Assembly (NCBI GenBank): GCA_963674945.2
Contig: CAXXWQ010000004.1
Span: 2,144,001-2,208,000, forward strand
Length of the DNA stretch: 64,000 bases
Reading direction: 5' to 3'
From: an uncultured Desulfosarcina sp.
Lineage (GTDB): Bacteria > Desulfobacterota > Desulfobacteria > Desulfobacterales > Desulfosarcinaceae
In this document: positions 10,480 to 20,249 of the stretch, piece after piece
Numbering within the stretch: position 1 is the stretch's first letter
Layout of the letters: every line of letters starts with the position of its first letter
Position numbers and translations under genes: made by a program
Notes under the pieces: model-generated
The model's database searches: none
What the model saw: the letters and a program-made list of their open reading frames with translations, nothing else
Told to the model about the DNA's origin: nothing

Positions 10480-12600
10480 TTAAACTGGAAGCAAATTTCT
10501 CTTGGCCAAGTCATCGGCGACGTCTGATAGTCCAAACTTCTCAAGCGTAGCTCTGGTAGGGACTCCGTCGACCCAGCCTCGCTCCTTATAGTAATCCTGT
10601 ATTGTCGCATCGAAACCGGACTTCATGGTTAAATTTCTTCCATCAGAGCCCTTTCTTTCAAAATGCATATCCCATAATGTGTCTACGGCTTTGCCCCAGA
10701 ATGGATCGTTCACGGTGGTGTATCCATCCCTGACCCAGATTGCCCGGACCAGGTTTGTAATCATCTCACCAGTTTTTTCCAGTTCTTCATGAGTTACGTC
10801 TCTGCCAAAGATGGCGCTTAGATATTCACTGCCGCCGTGGGGAGAGTGGTCCATCCAATCCTTGTAGTCGCGGGTTGCAACTACAGGACGATTGCTTACT
10901 TTGCTGTACTCGATACACCCGACCGCACTGCTGCCGACATAGCAAAGGTGCATGCTTTCCAGGACGGAGATTATATTCTCGAACTTTATTACCGCATGTG
11001 CGACTTCAGGTCCCCAATAATACATATCAAGGATCTTGTTCGTACCAGGCCCAAGCCATTTCTCCCTGACGGCCGGAGGAACAGCGCTGGGAAACTTTGT
11101 AGTGATATTGCCCCACATGAACTCAGGTTCCGACCCTGTCCTGTCCCCGACTGCGGTGTAGATGGATCTGGCCGCATTGGGGACATACTGCCCGTGCCCG
11201 CTTTCAAGGCAGCCCATATTACCGGCTTTTGAGTTGATCCGCTGGTAGATAAATAGCATTTTGTGCCTGTCAGGCCCGAACTCTTCGTGTTCGATAATGT
11301 ATTTTGTCGCATATCGGAATCCCCTGGCCAGAACATCACCAAATCCATCTCGGTAACTTACCATCTGAATAAACCGCTGGCTGAATTCGCTGGTCCCAAA
11401 TTTGTCCCAGGGAAGACCGGTGTTGGTCTCATTCAAAATTCCGAAGAGGTACCCTTGATAGAGCCAGTCTCCTCCAAGAAGGGATCCTTCGGCATTCTCC
11501 TTTTCATCAAACGGCCCTTTATGTCCATAAAGTGGTGCCAGAATGCAGAAATCATGTATGTTCAGTCCCATATCATCGCATAGCGCAGTGAATTCGTAAC
11601 TCACCGGACCCAACATCTTTTTACTCCAGTTGTTAGCGATCGCTTCCGGGACACTCCAGCCAATATTTGATCCACATTGCATACTTGTGGTGGGCTGTGA
11701 ACCGTCGACAAAACTGTATTTCGTGCGGCAAAAAGCTGCACACGCTTCACAGGCGTTGGGTTTGATTTTGACCTTGCCCAGTCTGGCCAGATCTCTTAAC
11801 TGCGTTTCTGCGCCCACACTTCCGTGGCCCACGGCACGGGTCTCATCCCACTCCACACCTACAACCTCTTGTCCGTTAACGGTTCTCTTTTCACCCACTT
11901 GTATACTGCAAAACTTGGCCCTTTCTTTATTGATCTCAAGGAGTTTTAGAGGTCTGGCGACGTTAACTCTGCCTGTACCGCGCATGGCGATCGCCTTCAA
12001 CTTTTTGGATCCCATCACCGCACCGAACCCGCCACGCCCAAAGGCAACATTGCAAGCCGTTAATATGATAGCGGAGACAACCATATTCTCCCCTGCAGGA
12101 CCGATGGAGGCCACAACAGTTTGTTTATCGTGTTTCTGCCAGAGAAGGGAGCGGGTGTTGCGCGTCGTTTTCCCCCATAAATCCTGCGCGTCTCTGATTT
12201 CCACCTTTTTATTCGTTATCCATAAATATACAGGCAGGTCCGCCTTTCCTTGAATGATCAGGGCGTCGTATCCCGCACGCTTTAATTCGGGGGCAAACAT
12301 AGCAGACTGTGAGTGGGTGAACGTTGAAACAGGTTGCCATACAGGAGACTTGGCAGCACACGCACCTTTGGAACTGCCGATCGTGCCCGTTGCCGTCGCT
12401 GGCCCGGAGGCGAAGATCAGTTTGTTTTCCGGATCAAAGGGCTTTACTTCCGGCCCGATCTCATCCCAGTATATTCTGGCGCACAGACCCTTCGAGCCCA
12501 GGTATTTCGGCAGGTATGTATCGATCGGTTCCTCGGTGATTTCCCTGGTTGTAAGATCCACTCTCAGGATTTTCCCCACGTATCCGTATAACACTGCCAT
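10480..12600 (-). CDS. W/Mo-bis-pterin AOR-family oxidoreductase (BamB/YdhV-like)
   Basis: GYVGKILRVDLT, APELKRAGYD, IGPAGEN, GRGGFGAVMGSKKLKAI, CEACAAFC, SMHLC, YYKERGW.DGVPT..TLEKFGL. Confidence 0.88.
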   Translation of the reverse strand: MAVLYGYVGKILRVDLTTREITEEPIDTYLPKYLGSKGLCARIYWDEIGPEVKPFDPENKLIFASGPATATGTIGSSKGACAAKSPVWQPVSTFTHSQSAMFAPELKRAGYDALIIQGKADLPVYLWITNKKVEIRDAQDLWGKTTRNTRSLLWQKHDKQTVVASIGPAGENMVVSAIILTACNVAFGRGGFGAVMGSKKLKAIAMRGTGRVNVARPLKLLEINKERAKFCSIQVGEKRTVNGQEVVGVEWDETRAVGHGSVGAETQLRDLARLGKVKIKPNACEACAAFCRTKYSFVDGSQPTTSMQCGSNIGWSVPEAIANNWSKKMLGPVSYEFTALCDDMGLNIHDFCILAPLYGHKGPFDEKENAEGSLLGGDWLYQGYLFGILNETNTGLPWDKFGTSEFSQRFIQMVSYRDGFGDVLARGFRYATKYIIEHEEFGPDRHKMLFIYQRINSKAGNMGCLESGHGQYVPNAARSIYTAVGDRTGSEPEFMWGNITTKFPSAVPPAVREKWLGPGTNKILDMYYWGPEVAHAVIKFENIISVLESMHLCYVGSSAVGCIEYSKVSNRPVVATRDYKDWMDHSPHGGSEYLSAIFGRDVTHEELEKTGEMITNLVRAIWVRDGYTTVNDPFWGKAVDTLWDMHFERKGSDGRNLTMKSGFDATIQDYYKERGWVDGVPTRATLEKFGLSDVADDLAKRNLLPV

Positions 12601-12602
12601 TG

Positions 12603-13172
12603 TTATTTGCCTCCCATATATCCGGTGTTAACCCCATTTGGGTCTGTGTAATAGGTTAGCGCCCCGAACGGACACATCTTTACACATTGTGGATCTCCAT
12701 TGCACAGATTGCATTTCGTTGCTTTTTTCTTCACTTCATCGTAGCGAATGCGAGGGGGGTCATACGGGCAGTGCTTTATGCATTCCTGGCAACCAATGCA
12801 CCGCTTCTCATCAATAACTCTGGCGCCAGTTATTTCGTCAACCTTGATGGCATTTGTGGGACAATAGCGCATACACTCGGGTGCAACACATTGTAGGCAT
12901 GGTTTGGCGGTATTGTCCCATTCTTCGTAACGCTTATTATCGACTTGGATTCTAGCGATATCCGGAGCGGCTACGCCATCGTTGTAGAGGGTACAGGTAA
13001 ACACACAAATTGAACACCCGGCGCACATCTTATCATTAACCAACAGCACGCCTTTTGATGGTGCCACGGAGAGGGGCAATGCAAAGCCCTTTCGACCTCG
13101 GGCACCGGGTGACCCGGTTTTTCCTTTGGACTTGTTGGGATTGAAGGCCGCAGTCATTTCTTTTTTGGGCAT
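12603..13172 (-). CDS. Multi-[4Fe-4S] ferredoxin-like electron-transfer subunit
   Basis: CAGCSICVFTC, CLQCVAPECMRYCP, CIGCQECIKHCP, CNLCNGDPQCVKMCP; start placed at MPKK after AAGGA. Confidence 0.88.
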   Translation of the reverse strand: MPKKEMTAAFNPNKSKGKTGSPGARGRKGFALPLSVAPSKGVLLVNDKMCAGCSICVFTCTLYNDGVAAPDIARIQVDNKRYEEWDNTAKPCLQCVAPECMRYCPTNAIKVDEITGARVIDEKRCIGCQECIKHCPYDPPRIRYDEVKKKATKCNLCNGDPQCVKMCPFGALTYYTDPNGVNTGYMGGK

Positions 13173-13516
13173 GGTGGTTTTTCCTTTTGATGATTCCATG
13201 TCGTTATTCGTCGTTTCTTTGCCTGTCTATATACTGAACACCGACATTGCTGAACCTGAAAAGCTTACAACCTTACCGGCACATATTGCAATAACAATTT
13301 CGTCACATCTTTTATAAGGTTATATAAAATAATTTTTTAAAAACATAATAAATGTAATTAAAGGTATTATGTTGACAAATGGAATTCGATTGGTGTACAC
13401 GGTCTTAAAATCGTTCCTTTGGTGCAGACGTTTCAGTTTGCCGGTATGGGAAACAAGTAGAGTCAATCCAAATGATGGGTGCGGCAGCACTTTGAAGAAC
13501 AAAGGAGATTATAATT

Positions 13517-14761
13517 ATGGCGACACGACAACTGAAACTGGGGAAAATGGAAAATGCTCCTGAATGGTATGGTAAGCCATTCGAGGAACAGCATTTCGAG
13601 TGGAGCAGGGAAGAAGAGAGGATACTCGAACGCTTCTGTGAAAGAATACTGGCAAATTGTGAAGAAGAGGAGATGACACCGCTTCAGCGCTACGAGGCCA
13701 CCTGGCAGGGAAAAGAAAAGGACAGATTGCACATCGAACTCAAATACTTCGGCCCTATCGCGACGCGAACCCTTGACTGCTATGCCGATGCCCTTAAGCC
13801 GGGTGATGTGTACAAACGGCCCAAGCTTCATGTCATGGCGCACCTGGCGTTTGCCGCAAAGTATAAGCTTGATATTATCAATGTGTCGCCCATCTGCTAC
13901 ACGGAAGAGCTTTGGGGCGCTGACGGAAGAATGATCGACTACGGCACTCCCCAGCAAGTCGGCGGCCCGCCCATAACGACCATGGAGGACTTGGATCGTG
14001 TGGAGACGGCAGACCCCAAAAAACACGGGCTATATCCGGGTTTTCTCTGGGCGGTCAAAGAGATGCAGCGCATCATGGCCAAGTATGGCGTCGACAAAGT
14101 GATGCCCGTAGAAGTCGCCTTCTGTGCCGATCCGTTGGGAACAACCTTTCTTGGCATGACCGGCTTCAGCCAGGGCACGGTGATGATGAAAAAGAATCCC
14201 GAATTATTCAAGGCATGTATGGAAAGAGCGACAGAATGGTCGATCAAATGGGGCAGTGCCGTGAAAGAACTGAATCCAAACGGCTTCTACATGTGTTCCT
14301 TCATGGGCGCTTTTCCACCGCATGTAAAAAAGGTGGACAATTCATGGATAGCGGACCTCAATAAGAAAATAGGCGAGGCAATTATTGCCGCACCGGGTCA
14401 CACGCCCTACATGTGGCACACCATCGGCGCACCCGGATTTGAGCGGTGGATGAAATTGTATTCAGAGCGCGGGGCTGTCGGGCCCGGCAGCTTCGGTGGA
14501 TGGTACATCGGGCATGAGCAGCCCGTCGAAGATTGTTATGCGTTTGCACGGGAGAAAGATCTCTATTGCGCCCTCTCCATCGATGAAAAACTCTCCATCG
14601 ATGGAGACTTCGAAGGGGTCAAGGAATGGCTCAAACCGCGCTGCGCAGAAGCCAAGAAATATCCCAAGCACGGTATCGCCCTCGGTCCTCTTGATTACTG
14701 GACTCCGCAACCGTACATCGAAAAGACGATGGAAATCACCAAAGAGATGGGCAAGTTCTAA
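13517..14761 (+). CDS. URO-D / MtaA-CmuA fold protein (Cys paralogue)
   Basis: MTPLQRYEATWQGKEKDR start motif, EELWGA, DP.....L.MTG......MKKNPEL, TPQPYIE; AAAGGAG RBS. Confidence 0.8.
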   Translation: MATRQLKLGKMENAPEWYGKPFEEQHFEWSREEERILERFCERILANCEEEEMTPLQRYEATWQGKEKDRLHIELKYFGPIATRTLDCYADALKPGDVYKRPKLHVMAHLAFAAKYKLDIINVSPICYTEELWGADGRMIDYGTPQQVGGPPITTMEDLDRVETADPKKHGLYPGFLWAVKEMQRIMAKYGVDKVMPVEVAFCADPLGTTFLGMTGFSQGTVMMKKNPELFKACMERATEWSIKWGSAVKELNPNGFYMCSFMGAFPPHVKKVDNSWIADLNKKIGEAIIAAPGHTPYMWHTIGAPGFERWMKLYSERGAVGPGSFGGWYIGHEQPVEDCYAFAREKDLYCALSIDEKLSIDGDFEGVKEWLKPRCAEAKKYPKHGIALGPLDYWTPQPYIEKTMEITKEMGKF

Positions 14762-14795
14762 ATCATGTCATTCAAAACAGGAAGGGAACCATATA

Positions 14796-16043
14796 ATGTT
14801 TAAAGAAAGATTACCGCTTAAAAAAGCGCCTTACTGGTACAACACGCCGTTCGACCAATTGGACTTCGAGTGGACCGTTGAAGAGGAACTGATGATTGAG
14901 CGGTTGTGTGAAAAGATACACAAGAACATCGAAGAAGAGGGGGGGATGACACCGTATGAGCGATTTGAAGCCCTGATGTTCGGCAAGGACAAGGACCGCA
15001 TGTTCATGGGAATCCCGATGGTCAACGTCTATCCTACCAAGACCCTGGATTCGGCGGCCGAAGCCGTCAAACCGATCGATGTCTACCAGTTCCCCAAACT
15101 GTTCATCATGGCTCACCTCTCCTCGGTGGCGCGCTGGGGACTCGACTATCCCTGCACGCACAACATTAATTATGGAGAAGATTTGTGGGGCGGGCAGTCG
15201 TTAATGATCGAATACGGCAATCCGATTCTGGAAGGAAAGGCCCCCATCAAGAGTTTGGAAGACCTTGAGGGCATGCCGGAACCCGATCCGTACAAAGTAG
15301 GGTTGTATCCGGGGTATATGTGGGCACACAAAGAGATGAGGCGGATCTTCACCAAATACAAATTGCCCATGCCGATAATGGCATCCATCTGCCCCGGACC
15401 GCCATTGATGGTAATGATGGGGATGATGGGCTGGACGGAGTTCAGCATCGGCCTGCGAAAAAACCCGGAACTGGTCAGGGCATGCACCGAAATCGCCACA
15501 AAGTGGCTTCTCAAATTCGGCAAGGCCATGATCGATGAGTGCAAACCCGACATTGTGCACATGTGAGCCCAGGACGGCGGTTTCCCGTTGGGAAACAACA
15601 TGTGGATGGTTGATCATTTCACCAAGATCGGCACAACGATCGCTTCGTATGCGGAAAAAGAGATGGGGAAAAAACTGCTCATGACCTATGGCTACGCCTT
15701 TTTGGGCAAAGCGCTCGAGTGGTACCAGATATTTTGGGGTAACGGTGCGCTGGGACCGGTCGGGACGACCTTCAACGGGGGAATCGGCGGACGCGGTGGC
15801 GTTGATTTGGAAAAAGTGGCCGACTGGCACCACGAACACGAGTGCGTTCTGAGTTACACCATCGATGACCACATCACAGAGTTTGGCTCTCCATCCGAAA
15901 TAGAGGAAGCCATCAAAAAGCATTGTCTGGATCATAAGCACATGCCCAGGTTTGCGCCGGCATTCAAGCCACCATACTGGACACCTTTGAAGAACGTGGA
16001 TATCGGGGTCGAGGCACTCAAGAAATACGGCAGGTACGAGTAG
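14796..16043 (+). CDS. URO-D / MtaA-CmuA fold protein, probable selenoprotein (Sec257, TGA 15564-15566), 415 aa
   Basis: Two ORF-track pieces are in one frame separated only by TGA; read-through length 415 aa vs 414 aa paralogue; TGA aligns with paralogue Cys260. Confidence 0.78.
15567..15596 (+). promoter_or_regulatory. Candidate bacterial SECIS element
   Basis: GTTTCCC-GTT-GGGAAAC 7-bp stem, loop starting GU 20 nt after UGA; alternative fold CCCA..ACGG-CGGTTTC-CCGT-TGGG. Confidence 0.65.
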
Positions 16044-16274
16044 TTAACGGCCCGATCCGCATCGAGCATGAAGGACACCTTTCACCGGATATGCCACGCG
16101 AAGATGAGAATCTCAAACATTACCGTGATTGTCATTGGCATAGAGCCCATAAAATGGACCACGTAAAGTAAACCCTTGCCAAAATAGAAGTCATGAAATC
16201 AATACACCAAATTGCCAGGGCGATATCCGTATCGCCCTGGCCAGATGACCAACCGCCAGGTACTCATTTAACTT

Positions 16275-16570
16275 TTAAAATCGAAATCCCAAGAGGACGC
16301 CGACGCTATTGCCACCTACATCTGCGTTGTGGCCTTCCACTTCATATTCAATGGCCGTGTATCGTAAACCGGCATAATAGTATCCAAACAAAATGTCACT
16401 CTGAAGAACAAACCCCAACGCATTATCAAAATCGGCGCCAATTTCATCAACGACACCATCCCCATCTAATGATGGGCGTATATGATATGTGATGCCTCCG
16501 CCAAATCGAAACATTTTCAGTTTATAAAATTCCAATAGCTCTATGGGATAACGGTAAAATGATACATCAC
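16275..16570 (-). pseudogene. C-terminal fragment of outer-membrane beta-barrel protein
   Basis: DVSFYRYPIELLEFY..RFGGGITYH..DFDNALG..GLRYT..VLLGFRF with terminal Phe; no signal peptide or N-terminus. Confidence 0.6.
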
Positions 16571-16603
16571 AGATCTTTTCAAAAGCTTGACATGGCTATA
16601 ATA

Positions 16604-17330
16604 TCAACTGCCTGCCAATGAACGTCTCGATTTCTCGAAGAGATGTTCAATCTCGCTGTAGGATTCCTTGTTCTTATCGGATATGTGCGCAACGGCGGTC
16701 ATTACGCCATTGATATCATCGAGTATTGCGGATGCCGATTGGGATGTGGTATCCATAATTTCCTGAATACCGAGAAAACTCTCCACCTGCTCCTTGGCGG
16801 TCCCGGCAATGAGATCATTGATGTCACTGATTTCATAGATGGTTTTACCGATGACATTGATGCTGTGGATTGCATGGCCGGTGCTGCTTTGTATCTCTTT
16901 TACCTTATCCGTAATTTCTTCAGTGAAGACATAAGACTGTTTGGCCAACTCTTTGACTTCATCGGCAACGACTTTGAAACTCTTTCCGGCCTCACCAGCC
17001 CGGGATGCTTCAATATTGGCATTGAGGGCCAGAATATTGGTTTTCGTCGCAATCTACCTGATCTCTGCCACCACCTGACGAATCTTTTGCGCCGATTCAC
17101 CAAGATTATCGACAATCTCTTTGCCCTTATCGGATTTTGAGACTTTTGCGTTTACAACGGCCGTCGCCTTATCCGTGCTACCACTCACTTCAGACAGGGA
17201 TGAAAGCAATCCACCGACACGTACTACAATTTGACCTACTGTGGCGACCATCTGCTTTGCCTGTCGGCGTTACTCTTTAAAAGTTCGGATATGTTATTGG
17301 TCTTTTCGTGAACGTTGGTTACATTGTTTC
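16604..17330 (-). pseudogene. Methyl-accepting chemotaxis protein remnant
   Basis: [37 protein letters not shown] signature; in-frame TAG at 17054-17056; sensor/TM part missing. Confidence 0.8.
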
Positions 17331-17620
17331 TGAGATAGTGATGAAATCTGGTCCATACGACTGACACCCAGATCGGCGGCATACTTTGTGCGGCCGGCAA
17401 CGGTGCCCGAATCGATGGTGACCGCCGTTCCCGCAAACACCACTTGAAAGACAAAAAAAAGCGTCCGCCAAGGATCGTCAATATCGATAAAAAAATCATA
17501 CCCCGATGCATCATTCAGGATGGACCGAATTGATCTCTATGTGACACCCTGTATATATTTGTAATAATACTATCTTTTCGATTGGCTACGGATTAGATGA
17601 AAGATAACAAAATTATTGTT

Positions 17621-18277
17621 TCAAGACATGATAATGGCAACTGAATTTGCTGATCTTCCAAAAATGGAAACATCTTTTCCCATGTTCCCATAAACACGCT
17701 GATGCCCGGAAAGACGATCGTATTGAACCCATTCGTTGTCGATACAACCAAGCCCTCTTGACAAGTAAAACTGCTTGAAGTTTTTTTTGTTATCCTCAGA
17801 GAAAAGATGGGCATCAAGGTGTTTATTCCAGCCAACGGGTATGGTGATAAGAAAATCATTTGCCTGGGAAGTCAATCTTTCCAACGCAGAAATCGCAAGA
17901 TACTTATCTTTTTTCAGTCCGTATTCGGTTTGTCCGACGTGTTCTATCGTAGAAATAGATAAAACATTTCTTCCTGATACATCTACTTCAAATAGGCATT
18001 TCCTTATGTTAACCAATGCGTGTTTATCTGTCGGATCAACAATATTACTAATTCTTCCCGGCCAATAGTAAGGTGTAACTGCGCCAATTTCAAATATATC
18101 ATCGTGATCGTCGATCCATTCATCTGCAATCGACAACTCAACCGATCGTTCCGTCATTCGAAAAGGAGGCCAACCACAATTCATATTATGGGTAAACAAG
18201 GTATATGCTTTCCCATTAAAAACAAATTTGTTCGCATCTTTCCATAATCGCAGAGGCCGTGGCTCCTGATATTCCAT
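17621..18277 (-). CDS. Hypothetical protein, SAM-methyltransferase-like
   Basis: ERSVE, IFEIGA, SISTIEHVG, ITIPVG motifs; AAGGAG RBS. Confidence 0.6.
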   Translation of the reverse strand: MEYQEPRPLRLWKDANKFVFNGKAYTLFTHNMNCGWPPFRMTERSVELSIADEWIDDHDDIFEIGAVTPYYWPGRISNIVDPTDKHALVNIRKCLFEVDVSGRNVLSISTIEHVGQTEYGLKKDKYLAISALERLTSQANDFLITIPVGWNKHLDAHLFSEDNKKNFKQFYLSRGLGCIDNEWVQYDRLSGHQRVYGNMGKDVSIFGRSANSVAIIMS

Positions 18278-18285
18278 TGTTCTCC

Positions 18286-18600
18286 TTAATTATAAAAGAT
18301 AGCCAGCCAGACAGTAACCTTATTCGGATCAGTCCATGTGACCCGATGTTTTGTATGAGCCGGTATGTTGACATAATCTCCCTTACCCAATTTCACTTCA
18401 ATGCCATCCTCAAAAGAGATGATTGCGCATCCGCCCAACACCAGCACCCATTCATGTTCCTCTTGCTCATACCATCCGTTTTCAGGTGATGACTGGCCTT
18501 TGGAGAGTATCCTTTCTATCCGAACGTTTTTATGCCGTAACAAATCGACAACAAGTTCTTCTTCCATCGTTTCAGGAATTGACGAGAATATGTTTTTCAT
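18286..18600 (-). CDS. Cupin domain protein
   Basis: RIERILSKGQSSP..WYEQEEHEWV, IPAHTKHRV.WT. Confidence 0.85.
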   Translation of the reverse strand: MKNIFSSIPETMEEELVVDLLRHKNVRIERILSKGQSSPENGWYEQEEHEWVLVLGGCAIISFEDGIEVKLGKGDYVNIPAHTKHRVTWTDPNKVTVWLAIFYN

Positions 18601-19481
18601 TCACGAATATCTTTTCTATGACATGATAGTCCGATTTGCTGTGGTAATTTTGAGACAATCATGTCATTTTTTTCAACACCCAGCAATTTGGCGATTGGAT
18701 CACATTTCGCAATTAATAGAAAAAAAATATTGGGATGGCCACTTCCCATAAGACCTTCAAAGTTCCCCTGCCCTTTCGATATTATGAGATCAGCATTGTT
18801 ATATTCTTCGATAAATTCATCAGAGCAGAATTCAATAAGTGTGGAAGGTGCATCAAAACCATTGGAGATGACCCTGCATACATTATCAAAACCTACCCCA
18901 TCGGCATCTTCGAGTGTTGCGTCGTTGATTACGGGTTTTCCTCGCACAACAAAAGTGATATTCGGATGTTTCATTGTTTCAATAAGCAATTTATCAAAAA
19001 CGATTTCGCCACAATTATCCCCTAAATATAAAATACGTTTCGCCTTTCCGATTTGATTTTGCAATTCTTCCGTCATATCAACTTTCAACTTCATTCGTAA
19101 AAAAGATTCAATCTGACCGGATATATTGTCACTTACACTTTGTGCTCCATAATCGATTATATTGCCAATTACTGATAGTTTTGTCGCTGTAAAAAAAGGA
19201 TTTTCACTCTGATTTACGACTGCTTCCCAATATGAGTATTTCGATAGAAGCATATCATTTGCCTTCAATTTTTCTTCGGCGTATAGGTTAGTATTTCTAA
19301 GATGAAGTCTTGCTGTACGGTGAATTTCGGTTGCCAGATTTGGATTCGGTACATCCCAATTGGTTTCAATCAGCTGATGCACTGATAAAATGAAATTTTC
19401 AGTAACTTTTTCGTCAGGTTTAAATTTTTCAATGAGTTTTTCAACAGTCCTGATATGACAGAAATAGCATTCGTGTCTCAT
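18597..19481 (-). CDS. ARMT1/DUF89 damage-control phosphatase
   Basis: ECYFC, GNIIDYG, DNCGEIVFD, INDAT, ISKGQGNFE. Confidence 0.9.
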   Translation of the reverse strand: MRHECYFCHIRTVEKLIEKFKPDEKVTENFILSVHQLIETNWDVPNPNLATEIHRTARLHLRNTNLYAEEKLKANDMLLSKYSYWEAVVNQSENPFFTATKLSVIGNIIDYGAQSVSDNISGQIESFLRMKLKVDMTEELQNQIGKAKRILYLGDNCGEIVFDKLLIETMKHPNITFVVRGKPVINDATLEDADGVGFDNVCRVISNGFDAPSTLIEFCSDEFIEEYNNADLIISKGQGNFEGLMGSGHPNIFFLLIAKCDPIAKLLGVEKNDMIVSKLPQQIGLSCHRKDIRE

Positions 19482-19488
19482 ATATTTC

Positions 19489-20193
19489 TTATCTCTCAAT
19501 AAGAAAACGTTTGTATATTTTATAATGATCCGTTTCCTGGTATGCAACGGCACTTACCGGACTATAGTCAAAACTGTATATCTTAGCCCCTTCGCACGCC
19601 AACAAAATTGGAGAATGTGTCGCGATAATAAACTGTGAATGTCCCGCTTTTCCATTTTCACAAAGAATATCCAGTAACGCAAGTTGACTTTTGGGGGAAA
19701 GTGCTGTTTCTGGTTCATCAAGAAAGTAGATACCCTTTTTCTTATAGCGAGAACGAAAATAAGACATTATGGATTGACCATGGGATTGTGAAACCAGAGA
19801 CTTTCCACCAAAATATTTCAATTGTCCAGGATCGGAGGCTGCCCAATTATCTACCAATGTTCTAAAATCGTTAAATATTTCCGAACCGAAATACGAACCG
19901 GGCACCCTTCCATTTGCCCACTCCAAAGAGATATATTTGTATAATTGCTTCTCATACCGGTTCACCTGGTAGCGCGCGCCTTCATATTTGCGCCAAATAT
20001 GGATATCACTCGCAAGGGCTAATGCCTCCAATAGCGTAGACTTTCCCGTACCATTTTCACCCACGAAAAAAGTTACCGGTGCTTCGAATACGATCTGCTT
20101 CGTTTGGTTGAAGATCGGCAAAGAGAAGGGGTAATGACGACCTGATGGATACTTATCCTGGTGCAATGTAACACTATTTATGTGATTACTCAT
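19489..20193 (-). CDS. ABC/AAA-type ATPase
   Basis: GENGTGKST, SHGQS, LDEPETALSP, ATHSPIL. Confidence 0.9.
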   Translation of the reverse strand: MSNHINSVTLHQDKYPSGRHYPFSLPIFNQTKQIVFEAPVTFFVGENGTGKSTLLEALALASDIHIWRKYEGARYQVNRYEKQLYKYISLEWANGRVPGSYFGSEIFNDFRTLVDNWAASDPGQLKYFGGKSLVSQSHGQSIMSYFRSRYKKKGIYFLDEPETALSPKSQLALLDILCENGKAGHSQFIIATHSPILLACEGAKIYSFDYSPVSAVAYQETDHYKIYKRFLIER

Positions 20194-20249
20194 TGTTTTT
20201 CTATTGTTCCCTCCAGCGGTAAATTACCGGTCGATCGCAAATCGTTGGG

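Noticed and set aside
14496..14795. ORF-track N-terminal extension of the second URO-D paralogue
   Set aside because: Overlaps the upstream gene; paralogue alignment and RBS put the start at 14796
15588..16043. Independent 151-aa gene
   Set aside because: No RBS, start lies inside the SECIS-like hairpin, and it is the in-frame C-terminal part of the upstream protein
17054..17056. In-frame TAG in the MCP as pyrrolysine
   Set aside because: Gene is 5'-truncated and decayed; an ordinary nonsense mutation is more parsimonious; no pyl context
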